DNA from: Vicugna vicugna
Lineage: Eukaryota
DNA: 64,000 nt
Assembly (NCBI GenBank): GCA_013265495.1
Contig: MU058065.1
Span: 7,688,302 to 7,752,301, forward strand
Direction of reading: 5' to 3'
Shown here: positions 52,424 to 64,000 of the stretch, piece by piece
Position numbering within the stretch: position 1 is the first letter of the stretch
Layout of the letters: the number at the start of each line of letters is the position of its first letter
Made by a program: the position numbers and the translations under genes
The notes under the pieces: model-generated
What the model was told of the DNA's origin: nothing
The model's database searches: none
The model's input: only the letters and a program-made list of their open reading frames with translations

Positions 52424-52833
52424 CAGGTTTCCCCCACTATCCGAAAGTAAAGCATTACTCTGAAAATTTTCGTAAATCAAATGGTGGAAAGCAAAGAAGC
52501 AATTACCTTAGGATACATTTTGCTAGTGGATGCACAAAATAAATTAATATACAGCACAGATGCTTGCACAGTCGAAGCTCTGGAGGCTTAATGCTGCGAT
52601 GCTGAGTGTAGTTCCGGTGGGAGGAGTGGTGCCTCTCTCCTGCTCTGGTGCACGCTGCCTCTGTAATGGCTCGCTGCAAAACAAGCGCTGAAGGCTATTT
52701 TCACTTTTTGTCTTTATTCGTGAAAGTGAATATTCTCTTTGAATTTCTTTGGCTTAACAAAAGTAGCTACTAATGTAGGTCTTTAGTAAAAGCGATGTGG
52801 TGTAAAGTGAACTTTGGAAAAGGAGGGAACCTG
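52424..52833. mobile_element. Tc1/mariner-Tigger non-autonomous DNA transposon retaining both TIRs
   Basis: 5' caggtttcccccactatccgaaagt and 3' actttggaaaaggagggaacctg are imperfect inverted repeats; the 3' end is followed by TA. Confidence 0.75.
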
Positions 52834-55049
52834 TATAGGTACCGTTTTGCACCTGAAAACCGAGCCTTCATAGGATGAAACAGTGAGGCTGAGGCCACAT
52901 GATAGGCAAGTGGCAGGACCATGATTTGCACCAGTGTATTTCAACCCCAACCCCTATGCCCTTTCCTTTCCATCACCTGCATAAGGTCCCACCTGGCTCC
53001 TGCTGAACTTCTTGGCTAGGATCTTACTTTTACCACCACCTCTTGGGCACTCACTACCTACAATCTGAAAGTTTTATTTATCTTTTCCCAGGGGTTTTAT
53101 CTCTGTCTGGATAAGAACCCCCAGGAGGAAAAAAGACTTAACTGGTATTCTTTTCTATCTCCAGTAGAGTCAAACACATATCTGTGGGTTGACGAATACT
53201 TTGACCCATTCAGCCAGGGATATAGGAGCCAAGACACTTCTTTCCATGACATCCAAGAATGACATATCAGCAGGTCAGGAAGGAACTTGACTGGTCTGGA
53301 AAACTTGCATTGGCCCACGAATACAATGAAAGCTAGAGGAAAATCAGGCCATGAGCCTAAACAAATGGAAAAACAAACAAACAACAAAAAAGAAAACCTT
53401 CTGCCTCACTTAGATTCCTTTTCAGCATTGTGTTCCTTGGAAAGTGAAATTATAACCAATTCTCCCTTTTTCTTCTCTCCTTATTCATCTTGTTCTGGAC
53501 ATTTTCTTCCTCCTTGTTCTGTCTCTTTTTCCTCCTTTATTTCCCACATTCTTTCTCATGTTCCTCTTGTATCATTCCCTCCAACAAACCATCACCACCC
53601 CAAACTAGGTACTTAAGTTATATATACTGAAAGCAGTCAGCTACCCCTGAATCCACAATGATGAACACTTTACTGTGAACTCTGAGAATGACTGGTCCCT
53701 GCCATTTTAATTAATTTGTTTGAATGGATCCTGGTTTTCGTTGTTCTTGCTTCTATTTTCCATTTATGGTTTCAATCAATTATATCATCTTAGGGCTGGA
53801 ATTAACAAACTGTTTTTGAGAACATAGCTGGTTATTTTAAGAAAGATTTTAAAAAAAGAGAACTAAGGACCAAAGAACTTAGTTATCTGAATATTTCTAA
53901 TTCCACATGTAAAAATAATTATCAGTGTAAGGTTTCATTGAATAAATGCCAGGTGACTAGAGAGAAACACATTTCTTTTCCAGGCCAGAGGGTAAGGATC
54001 TGCGCCTTGGCTATAGACGGTCGGCAGTTCCTGGTTCTTGGCCTGTGTGCACTCAGGTAGAGGTAGCAGCAGGGAGGGTGATGCTGGGCAGCGGCCCAAA
54101 GTGATTGAAGATATTTGCATGGTTGAGGTTCAAAAGAATAGGACCTACGATATTCTACAATATAACAGAGATGCTTTGCTATATATTCCTGTGCATGCAT
54201 ACACACTACAGACGTATAGATGCTTTGTCTATCTGTATGTGTGTGTGTGTATCTGCATATTTCATTACATTGTACTGGGTACAATGGTGAGAACTGGGCT
54301 AAATAATGAAATCCCTAGGGTGTATGTATACATAATAGAATACAGAGCAGTAGTATTTGACTCTATACCTCAGTCCCTTTAGGAATGGAGAAATATCTTC
54401 CTTCCTTTTGAACTACAGAAACTCAATTTTGATGATTCATATAATTGACCACAAGGACACAGTATTTGGTATGTTTCTACCCAACACCAATAATTATGTC
54501 TTAACTAATAAGTGAAGATTCATTTACGGGAAAGTGATATATCCAAGTGAAAACTCGTTGACCTAGTCCAGGCATATTTGAGGGGTTGGGAGGAGGTTAC
54601 CAAGATTATTCAGTGGGAGCCTTCATTTCCCACAAGTACAACAAGTAATAATAAACAAACACCAGGAAATCCTGTGAACAGGCCTAAGCAAAGTTTTGAA
54701 AATTACTGAGTTGAAGTGATTGCCTCCCAGCCTCACAGACTGAAAAGCCTGGTTGACACTGGTTACTGACGCTCACAATCCTGTGGACCACGGCAGAATA
54801 TCAGATCACAACATAACCAATCTGCTCCACACGATGCTCAGTGTCTCACTGCCCCTTCTCAGTTCCTTTTTAAAATATAAACAAACAAAATCTAGTATAT
54901 TTAACTGACATCAAATGCCTAGAGTCAGAATTTCCTCATTCTAGGTTTGTAAGATTTTCAATATTTATTCCAAAAGGTAACATTGATTAGGTAAGACAGA
55001 GAGGATTTGAAATCTAAAAATAGTTTCCAACGGTTTGTATGAAAACAAC

Positions 55050-55462
55050 TCAGGGCTTTCTTAGCTACAAGCTAAAAATGAGCCCAAAACTCGACTTGGC
55101 TGCTAGAAAGGAAATCCAGTCCCAGGCAGCACTAATAAAAGTGTAATTACAATTACATGTTGGAGAGAAGGGATAGGTTTAGCACTGTCTGGTTCCCATC
55201 TAGTGTTAAGTCAGAAGTCCCTAATTTGGGGAGGGAGGAGGCATTCAGAAACCTGAACATATCTGTAGAGGGTGGTCAGCTTGTAATGGCAGCCAAAGAA
55301 GGAAACTGAAGAACACAGGAATCTTTAAGAGAAGGCCTGATGGTATCTTCAAATATTTCAAGGGCAATAATAATTAGAGAGTAATAATAATAACTACCTA
55401 CTAAAAATAAGACCTGCTACCTCATGACACATGAGTTCCTGTCACTGGAAAGTACTTAGAAG
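55050..55462 (+). mobile_element. L3/CR1 LINE fragment
   Basis: caagctaaaaatgagccc...tggctgctagaaagg...tcttcaaatatttcaagggc...gagttcctgtcactggaa resembles the CR1/L3 3' region. Confidence 0.65.
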
Positions 55463-55519
55463 ATATGAGCTCCTAAAATATAACACATTTCCTTTATTTT
55501 ATACATGAGTTTTATAACA

Positions 55520-55700
55520 GCAATAGCAATAGCAGATGCTACATCCCAGACACTCTTCGGGTATTAGCCATTTAATCCTCATGACATCCTGTAGTCGCCT
55601 TTTAAAGATGAGCCACAGAGAGGTTAATAACTTGCCCTAAGTCCCACACCAACTCAAGGGAGGATTTGAGTTTCAAATCTTTCTCCTGTCTTCTCACATC
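55520..55700 (-). mobile_element. MIR SINE
   Basis: catttaatcctcatgacatcctgt...acagagaggttaataacttgccctaagtcccaca. Confidence 0.75.
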
Positions 55701-56488
55701 TATTCCTTTACATTAACTACTGGGAAATTATTTAAGGAGAGAAACTTTTTTCTCTCTAATTTTCAGAGGAAAACCTGGAAGCTAAGGTAGTGGATTATCA
55801 GACAAGATGAGCACTGGAGTGTGAATGGGCCCCATAGATTGGTTAGTGTGAAGAAGATATAATCAAACATAGAGAAAAAAATCAACCCAGAGACATTGCT
55901 AAAATCACCCAGCTGGTTCATTTTTGAGCCAGGAATAGAACCAAAACTTTTAAGTTCTTTCACTGCATCATGCTCAGTGTCATGGTGAAGAACCTGTGTT
56001 CTCCTATCAAGCAGAGGGGACCAACCAATGGGGCTGACCATGCCCCTCCTGCAAGCCAACATCTGGGCATCCAGAGGGAGGCACTGTATTAGAAAACATG
56101 GCAACCTTATGGAATATAACACATACTGCTGCCCAGCGGGGGAGATACAGGCCCAAAAGGCAGGAACCCCAAATGCTTCATTTGAACTCCACCGAGCTTG
56201 AGTATATGCTACATGGGCTGCAAGGGGGTAGAGGTACAGTAGGGAGGGCTGATGTAACCTAGATATAGACAGAAGAAGGGCAGAGTCATGGAGAGAAAGA
56301 AGCGTGAATTCTGACCAAATTATGTCCCCATGTAACAATTTACTTGTAACGTCCAACAAATTACTGGCACCATCTTGACATCATTTGTATATTCCAGAGA
56401 CTTAATTTGTTTGTCCAGGGTAAAGCATGATCCCAGATTTACCCAGAGCAGAGTGAAAATATTCCCACATCACCCACCTACCATCAGT

Positions 56489-57012
56489 TGAAGTGGACAT
56501 CTATTATTCCACCTGCCCAGCACCTCCTCCCCTGGGAACAGCAGCCTTTCTTTCCGCTAGATGAGCCATCAGGTGGTTTTGAAGAGGTTGCTCTTAACCC
56601 CTGGTTCTAGGGTTGGAAAACTTGATGAGACTGGGCTAATAAAAGACCCTATTCCCCTGCCACTGTGATTACCTCACAGGAAGCCCCATGAGCCAAGGTG
56701 TGCCTCTGAGAGCCCTCCCAAGGACTTTGGCTGGACCTCTTAGGAAAGAGGTACTCTCTGCTTGAAGGTTTTGAAGCTAGAGGGTGATGCTGTTGGAAGG
56801 CACCCTTGCCTTCCCTTGAATCAGTCTGCCTAAGAATGGAGCCAAAACATAGGAAAGCAAAAGAGAATGAATGTTGAAAACCTACAGTCATCTGTGCCCA
56901 CAACCAGTTGGACTTCTGGACTTTCCAGTTTCAATGGCCTTTAGATACCCTATTTTGCTTAAACTAGTTTGAGCTGGGTATCTACCACTTGCAACCCAAT
57001 GAATCCTGAACA
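56489..57012 (+). mobile_element. MLT1J/K-like MaLR solo LTR
   Basis: tgaagtggacatct...cctgcccagcacc...ttgcttaaactagtttgagctgggtatctaccacttgcaacccaatgaatcctga. Confidence 0.8.
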
Positions 57013-58769
57013 TCTCAATTACCCACCATTAAGTCCTGAGGTGGGGGCTTGGGAGCTAGGGGTAAGGGATGGGTCAGAGCATGGCTGCCTCCCCAGAATA
57101 GCCTTAGCTTTCTGCAATCCTTCCTAATTCTCAGCATTTTCCCAATAATACCAGAGCTTGAGAAAGTCTTCTAAATCATCCTTCTGACTTGGTTGTGTTT
57201 GTAACCAAACTTAGTCAAACAGATGAGCCTCTTTGCTATTTTTTTTTAAATTAAAGCACTTCCAGAAAGACTATTTCTAAGATCACCAGGGCTGGATGCT
57301 ATGAAGTGTGTGAATGTGGTGATTATACATCAAACCTGTAGTCAAGGAGCTTATGCCGAGAAAAATAATAAAAGTTTAAGACGTTATACAAAATAGACTC
57401 AGTTCCTCTAGATTTTCACATACGATGTTGGGTCAGGCAGGGTGTGAGCATAAGAAACACAAATGGAACATTCTCTTGTCTGGTGCAGCTTGGGGAGGGT
57501 TTTGAACTATGTCTTAAGGGAAGGGAGGGACACTGTGACAAATGGGAGGGTGGAGGCACGTGGGGGATGTACAGAGACAACAGGCTAAGTCTTGTACATT
57601 TTCTGAACTAGAAGCTCCATGATTTAGGGGTTTTCCACCACCTACCCCAACTCTTTCAATTCCAAGTTTCCTACTTCCCCCAGCAGGGAAGAGACAGATT
57701 GTAAACTAGACTCAAGACTGGTATCAATCCACTCAAGGATGTTAACTTAAAAATAAATAAATAAAATTATCAGCCTCTGAAAAGGAACAGACATTCTCAG
57801 GGAATGAACCAGCAGGGTGGCCAATTGACACTAACCAAGTCATCTGAGAAGTCTCTGCTGACTCTTTGTCTTAATAGCATTGGGGTTTCCTGGAGCCCCT
57901 CAGAACATGTGTGAGGAGAGAAGGGTGTGTAGATTTCATTTTACTTCCTTAATTAAAGCAAATTGTAACCTCAGAATAACACAGGATACACCCTCAGTGG
58001 CTCAGACATGATGACCTTGGATGGCTGAACATCTTTTTCCATGAGCAGATGTCATTCTGAGCCCTACCTTCTTGAGAAAGAGAAGTCCAGGAGGGTCTGT
58101 AGTGATCCATGGTTAATGAGTGACCCCTACAAAGGGATCTGACTTCAGGCAGAACAGCAGGTGACATCCTGCTTTGCAAAGAAGGTGGATGACCCAGTGA
58201 GCTAGTGGAATGACCTTCCTCTCCTTGCAGGATGCCCACTGAAACTACTTGGCCCCCACACTGCCCACCCAGAAGAAAAGCAACTGGATCTGCATCAGGG
58301 AGAAATAATCAACCCAAATCACAACCAGAATCCCTGGGCCATTTGCCCATGCAGTGATAAACATCTAGTCAACATGGAAAATTGCTCTAGATCTCAGAGA
58401 GCATGTCTTACTCAACTACTATGTGTGTGCTGCTCTAGACTCTAGAGATTTTAAGGTAAATATTTATAAATGAAGAACAGTTAACTGATCAGCTAATTTT
58501 AACCAAATTTCCAATTAAATATATTAAATATTCCATTATTTAACTAGATTCTTCAGTTTATACCCCAGTTTTTGGCATTAGATATATTTGTGATAATTCA
58601 TTTTATTTCCATTCCATTTCATCATACTTTTCACCCATCCCAACAACCATACATAATTCAGGCTACACTGATATGGTATAGTTGTGTTTTTCAGACTTTC
58701 TGATGAAAAGTTTTCTTTGATGATGTCAACAATGGACTAGATTAAATGGGTGTAGAAACTGGAATGAAA

Positions 58770-59330
58770 AGTATATTTAATAAAGTGTGAGAGACGATGA
58801 TACAGAGGGAAAAAATTTATCTTCTTACTTTATACCATATATCAAAATAAATTACTACAGATTAAAGAGAAAAATAGGTAACTTGTATGTGAAATTACCT
58901 GATTGTGAGTGGAGAAGTTGCTTTAAAAGTATAAAAGTAAGGAGGTTTTTTTTTCACATAAGATTTATAAACATAACCATTTAAAATGTAAGTATCTTTA
59001 AGTTAAAAGTAACTTACGCCCGAAATTAAAAGGTAAGTCACAAACTGGAAAAAATACTTGCAAGAAAGTGTGGCAAACGTGTAACAAGAAAGGGTTAACA
59101 TACTGAAATGTAAAGACCTCTCGTTAAGACGAAAAACACTCAAGAAAATAGGGCAAAATATGCAACCAGTCAGTTAATATGAGAAAATGAAAGTTGCCAA
59201 TTAACGTATGGAGGGAAAGTTTAACGTCATTTAGAATCACAAAGCAGCAAACTGAAATAACAATGAGATGCTTTTTATGCCCCAGAATAATAGGCCCTCT
59301 CATACAGGGAGGTGAGAGTGAAAATTAGTA
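58770..59330 (+). mobile_element. Old L1ME-type LINE-1 fragment
   Basis: cttactttataccatatatcaaaataaatt...acaaactggaaaaaatacttgcaa...aactgaaataacaatgagat. Confidence 0.7.
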
Positions 59331-59450
59331 CAGTTGGCCCTACATGTTTGGGGGTTCCACATCTGCCATCCAGCTAACCTGCCAACAGTCAACTGTACTG
59401 CATCATTTTGTATAAGGGACTTGAGCATGTGTGGAGTTTGGTGTCATGGT
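59331..59450. mobile_element. MER2-like Tigger MITE fragment
   Basis: TA|cagttggccct...gggttccacatc...tataagggacttgagcat...gtttggtgtc; similar to 45735-45865. Confidence 0.65.
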
Positions 59451-60067
59451 ATGAGTTGGCGGGTGGCTGTGAGGAATGATTCACCCAAAGATTTGGAGCG
59501 GATTCATAACAGAGTTTTGATAAGTGCCCCAGCCTCCTCACTCCTAATCCAGGCTCCTGCAATTCTTCAGTCCCAAATGCTCCATACCAGCTTGTCAACA
59601 TTCTCATTGATGTGGTTTGTGCTCCATCACGTAGTTTTCATTAATAACCAGCTAGTTCGGTACTTGGTAATCATTTGTCATAGTGTCCATGTCTGTATTC
59701 TTTGATCCCTGGTCACTTCTGGTGCAAAATAACAGGGAGAGTCCTGACCAGCACAGGTCTGGAGGTGCCACTCAGAGCAGAATGTACTTGGACAAGTTGC
59801 CCCATACAAAATAAGACATTCAAACTAAAAATTTCCAATATTCTTTTCAAAACTGTCTTTCTAATTTAAGTATTTTCCGAAAGTCTCGCCATTTAAAAAA
59901 AAAAAAGCATGTGGGCTGCAAAGAACAAAAAGACATGCAAGAAAATTAAAAGATCCCATAGTAATTGTCCTCCAAGTGTAATTCAGAAGCTAACACAATG
60001 AGGAGAACTGAAGATTATTGGATTTTCTTCAGCTGAAGAGGTTTGATTTAAAGTCCTTAAACCCTGT

Positions 60068-60556
60068 TGCAGGGCTAGTTGAAACATAGTATGAGCCTCA
60101 CTTAAAATTTTCAGTGTTCTAGCAGCTACATTAAATAACTTTAAAAAGGGGGGGATTAATTTTAGTAATATATTTTATTTCACTCAATATTTCCCAAATA
60201 TTTTTATTTCAGCATGTAACCAATATAAAAAATTATTAATGAAATATTTCACATTCCTTTCTTCTTCATAATCTTCAAAATCTGGTGTGTATATTATGTT
60301 TAAAGCACATCTCCATTCAAATGCTAAAATATTTTTTAGAAATACTTGATTTATATTCAGCTCTCATAAAACTTGCTGTTGACACATGATTAAGTGATTT
60401 CGAACATACTTAAAAATTCTTCAGTAACTGAAATGCATGTCCATTTTTAAAACTTAAATTTAAATTTGATTAAAAATTCAGTTCTCAGTTTCATTCACCA
60501 CATTTCATGTGCTAAACAGCCACATCTGGCTAGTGCTAACATATTGGACAGCCTTA
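60068..60556. mobile_element. MER33-like hAT-Charlie element
   Basis: ttctagcagctacattaaa...attaattttagtaatatattttattt...cacatttcatgtgctaaacagccacatctggctagtgctaacatattggacagc. Confidence 0.8.
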
Positions 60557-60715
60557 GACACAGTCCTAAGATGATCTCTGAATCATGTGACTACTCACAT
60601 CCTTCCTTAGGAGAATATTTAGTTTTTCAGCCCAAAGCACCAGATTATTCTAGCATAGAGACACTAGTGCTTAGAGAAAGGACATAAGAATAAGAATGAT
60701 CAGTTTCGTTTTGGT

Positions 60716-60783
60716 AGGGTGGGGAGCTACGTAAAAGAAAGGGCGAGGGTGGCGAGCTACGTAAAAGAAAGGGCGAGGGTGGC
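60716..60783. repeat. 30-bp tandem duplication (about 2.3 copies)
   Basis: agggtgg(g/c)gagctacgtaaaagaaagggcg repeated with one mismatch. Confidence 0.95.
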
Positions 60784-61067
60784 ATGACCTGGGAATGATC
60801 AGGGAGAAGGTCAGCTGTCCCTCTACCCATAGGAAAGTTAGCGCCCCATCTTAAGAATAAAAAAAAGTTATAAAATATTTGATAAATATAAAATTCCTAC
60901 AGCTACAGCCACAGCCCCAGCCCCCACAATTAACTCAAATGCTATGTCCTTTATCTGTAGCCAACATGTATCAACATGGTATGTTTCTACTTCCAAGAAA
61001 TTACATCTAAGAAGACCTATCCTCAAAAAGAAAAATGACTTTTTAAAACTCTAAGAAGACTTTGCCA

Positions 61068-61275
61068 AGGGAAGGTATAGCTCAGTGGTAGATGCAGTGC
61101 TTAGCATGCATGAGGTCCTGGGTTCAATCCGTAGTACCTCCGTGAAAGAAAGGAAGGGAGGAAGGAAGGAAGGAAGGAAGGAAGGAAGGAAGGAAGGAAG
61201 GAAGGAAGGAAGGAAGGAAGGAAGGAAGGAAGGGGCTAGTTACCTACCCCACCACAAACCACCCGCAAAATAAAA
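61068..61275 (+). mobile_element. tRNA-Ala-derived camelid SINE (vic-1-like) with internal (GGAA)n
   Basis: gggaaggtatagctcagtggtagatgcagtgcttagcatgcatgaggtcctgggttcaatccgtagtacctcc, then (GGAA)n at about 61149-61232, then agttacctacccc and an A-rich tail. Confidence 0.88.
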
Positions 61276-62934
61276 GGACGTTGTAATGAGATCAATTGCA
61301 TATTTTATTTTGTTTTTCCTCAATATCCAGCCTCCCTCTTATATTTAGACTGTGATATAGGGGAACAGTATTGATGCCCATCTTTTCAAGAACCCACTAC
61401 AGAGAGCAAAGAACACCTGTTGTTGATCTTATCTTTTGAATCTTAATTTCAAAAGTTGTTTTCATAGTTAAGTCTTTGCTTATAGAATGGTCCCACCCAA
61501 TGCTCCTGGGTTTAAGACTTTGGAGATGTGAATGATTGCTTAAAAGCATCCTGCTTTGAGCCTCAGTGACTGAACAATTACCCTGATTCTCTACTCACCA
61601 GGTCCCTTTCAATGTGAGTAAGTATCTATTCTGCCAGATAAATAATTTCATTCACCAAATGTTGACATTGTGTCATTTTGACGTAAGTCTTCTAAGAATA
61701 CTGAAACTTTCCAAAGTTGTAGAATTTTGTGTTCAAGTTTTAAAAATCTGTTATTTGCACATTTCCTTTATATCCATCCACATCTCTGGACTGTCTATTG
61801 AGATAAGCCTCAGAAAGTCAAGGACCAGATTACTTTGGCTCATGGATTCCCTAACACTCTACTCTATGCCAATGGTAATTTAAGAAAGGGTTCTTTATGG
61901 AATGGGAGAGTGTGAAGGAAAGTGCTAAAAAGAGGGCTTAGTCTAGCAGAGCCTCATTTGTTAAATAAAGGAAGTTGAAGAAGGAAACCAGAGGAAAGGT
62001 AGATGAATCCAGAGGACAATGTTTGGGAAAGCAAGATGAATAGAAGCTGCCTAATGACCTCAGTTGTCTTTGGGTTGATGCTTTCAGTCTCATATCACCC
62101 AAAGAGCAGCAGCAAAGCCAAGAGTGGTGGGCAAGGTCAAGGGAAAATTAATCCTCCCACCTCCATCCTTTAGGAGACTATTCAGTTCTCTAGCCCAAAG
62201 CTTCAGATCATTTTGACATGTTGCTTGAGGAAAGCAAGCAATTGAGAAAGTGAATTGTCAAATGGCTTCCAGATATGAGCATTGTGTATTTTTCATGATC
62301 CCCATAACATAACCTGGAAAAGCCATACGTGCTTCTTATAGGGGGTTGGGGACTTTCTGCTAAACTCATTCAAGGTAGTAAGTGAATGGTGCAGCAGGTG
62401 GGGATAAAATGCAGCAGGTGCCAAAAGCAGAGGACCCCTAGCTCCAAGTCTTGCTGATGTACCACCTCACCCCAACCCATAAGCCTGTGCCAGGCCTCCC
62501 TGCATAGACACTGGAAGAAGAATCAAATGATCAGACCACGGCTGGCGTAGCAATAACTTGAGATGGTTGCTAACTGGAGTAGCGGTCAAGGAAGAATGAA
62601 AAATGTCTTAATAGTTATCCTCCAATCTAGGAAAATGTCATTGCTGCCTATCAATGTAGGCAGCTCTGCCACAAGAAATGGTACTTACTCTCTGTGGCAA
62701 AAGGAAAGAAAAGTTAGAGAGGTAGTTTGGGGAAAAAGAAGACAATCTACCTGGGAGTGAAAAGAGTCATATTTAGTTCTGGCCATCCTACTGACCAACT
62801 CTGTGTTCTTCAGCAAGTCCTTCCCTCTCTTGACTTCAGTAGCTGATAATATAATAGTATAATCGCTAAACTACATATTTTTTACTTTTTAGAATCATGG
62901 GTTTTAGAAATACTTATTTTAATTACCAGACCCT

Positions 62935-63150
62935 AATAACACTTAAAATTGAAAAGCATCATCCTAAACACTGTACAAATATTCACTCAGTTAATCCTCA
63001 TAATGAAAGTATGGGGTAGACAGTATTGTCCCCATTTCACATATGAAGAAGCTGAGGCACAGAGAGGTTTAAAACTTGCCCCAAGTCACTCAGTAAATGG
63101 CAGAACCAGAACTCAAACAGAATGTAGTTCTAGGACCCATGGTCTTGCCA
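62935..63150 (-). mobile_element. MIR SINE
   Basis: taatcctcataa...ccccatttcacatatgaagaagctgaggcacagagaggtttaaaacttgccccaagtcactcag. Confidence 0.85.
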
Positions 63151-63327
63151 ATGCACCACTCAGCCTGCTTCTCAGATAAAAGAACAAGTTGCCCAGGGAA
63201 CACCAGTGTGCTAAGGTTTTAATGAAGGCCCAGCTCAGGGACCACTGCTAAGTACCAAATGCTCAAAGCACAGAAGAACAGTCTTCAGACGTCCCTCTAG
63301 GCAGAGATTAAGGGACAGGATATGAAA

Positions 63328-63510
63328 TTTCTTAAAGTGTCCTCCATAAGCCCCTTCCACCAGAATCATCTGTAGAATCTTAAACAAGCAGATTCCTGGG
63401 TGAGCCTAGATAAACTGAATTACACTGTCTGGGGTGGGGCTCAAGCATCCTTCATTTAGGTAGGTCTCCTGGGATCTTTGATATGTACTTGAGTGTGAGA
63501 ACCACTGGTC
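63328..63510. mobile_element. MER5-type hAT-Charlie MITE
   Basis: tttcttaaagtg...cagaatcatctg...gcagattcctggg...ctggggtggggctca...tgagaaccactggtct. Confidence 0.7.
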
Positions 63511-64000
63511 TGGTGTCTGAGAAGAGAAAACAGACTTCACCTTAATCTTGCTTTTCTCAAAAAAGCACCTTGAGAAAACAGTTGAGCCATGAACTTGATC
63601 ACAACAACTGGGTCAAGTGAACAGAAAGGACAGTGTCCTCTGGTCCAGATGGACACTGAAGCCTGTAGAAGACCATCAAGGAAGGCCCCCTAGCATGGAT
63701 TAAACCACACGCTTCTGGGGAGTCCATGTGTAACTCACACCTTCTGTGGAGCAAAGGGAACTCTGGTGACAAAAGCATTGTGAACTTTACAGCAGCTGCC
63801 TGGGTCTGCTGGGTATGAAATTCCACCCAAGAAATGAAAGCTGGCAGATCCCAAATCAAAGGGGTCCCACCTCCAGGAGAGAATGTCTCTTCTTCCCCAG
63901 GTTATTTCACTCTTCCCAGGAGTTACTGGTTGACACTTACAAAAGCAGCAGCAGGAAGAGTCTAACTGAAGTCTGACCTGCTTGGGGTCATTTCTCAATA

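Noticed and set aside
53070..53280. Strong-looking splice acceptor (ttttatttatcttttcccag)
   Set aside because: No convincing donor or coding signal follows; such sites are common by chance.
61068..61142. tRNA-like sequence (also at 33417-33490)
   Set aside because: Stem mismatches, a SINE tail and microsatellite downstream, and no T-run terminator indicate a SINE head, not a functional tRNA gene.

Overview
Mammalian non-coding DNA, either intergenic or from a large intron. Two tRNA-Ala-like SINEs (33417, 61068) match the vic-1 pattern as I recall it, so the source is most likely a camelid. I can support no protein-coding exon, RNA gene, CpG-island promoter or CRISPR/prokaryotic system. The ORF track is chance ORFs, except two short degraded LINE-1 ORF2 C-terminal remnants. 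The window holds many old eutherian repeats: ERVL/MaLR solo LTRs (MLT1, MLT2, LTR16, LTR33), L2, MIR, L3/CR1, old L1M pieces, and hAT and Tigger MITEs. The most interesting structure is small-scale: an apparent micro-inversion of an MLT2 3' end bounded by a 10-bp palindrome, a 51-bp direct repeat 1370 bp apart enclosing a similarly diverged 39-bp tandem duplication, a 21-bp AP-1/E-box palindrome, and several candidate enhancer motif clusters. Repeat names come from recalled consensus sequences, not a database search, and most repeat boundaries are approximate. I found no convincing novel biological system.
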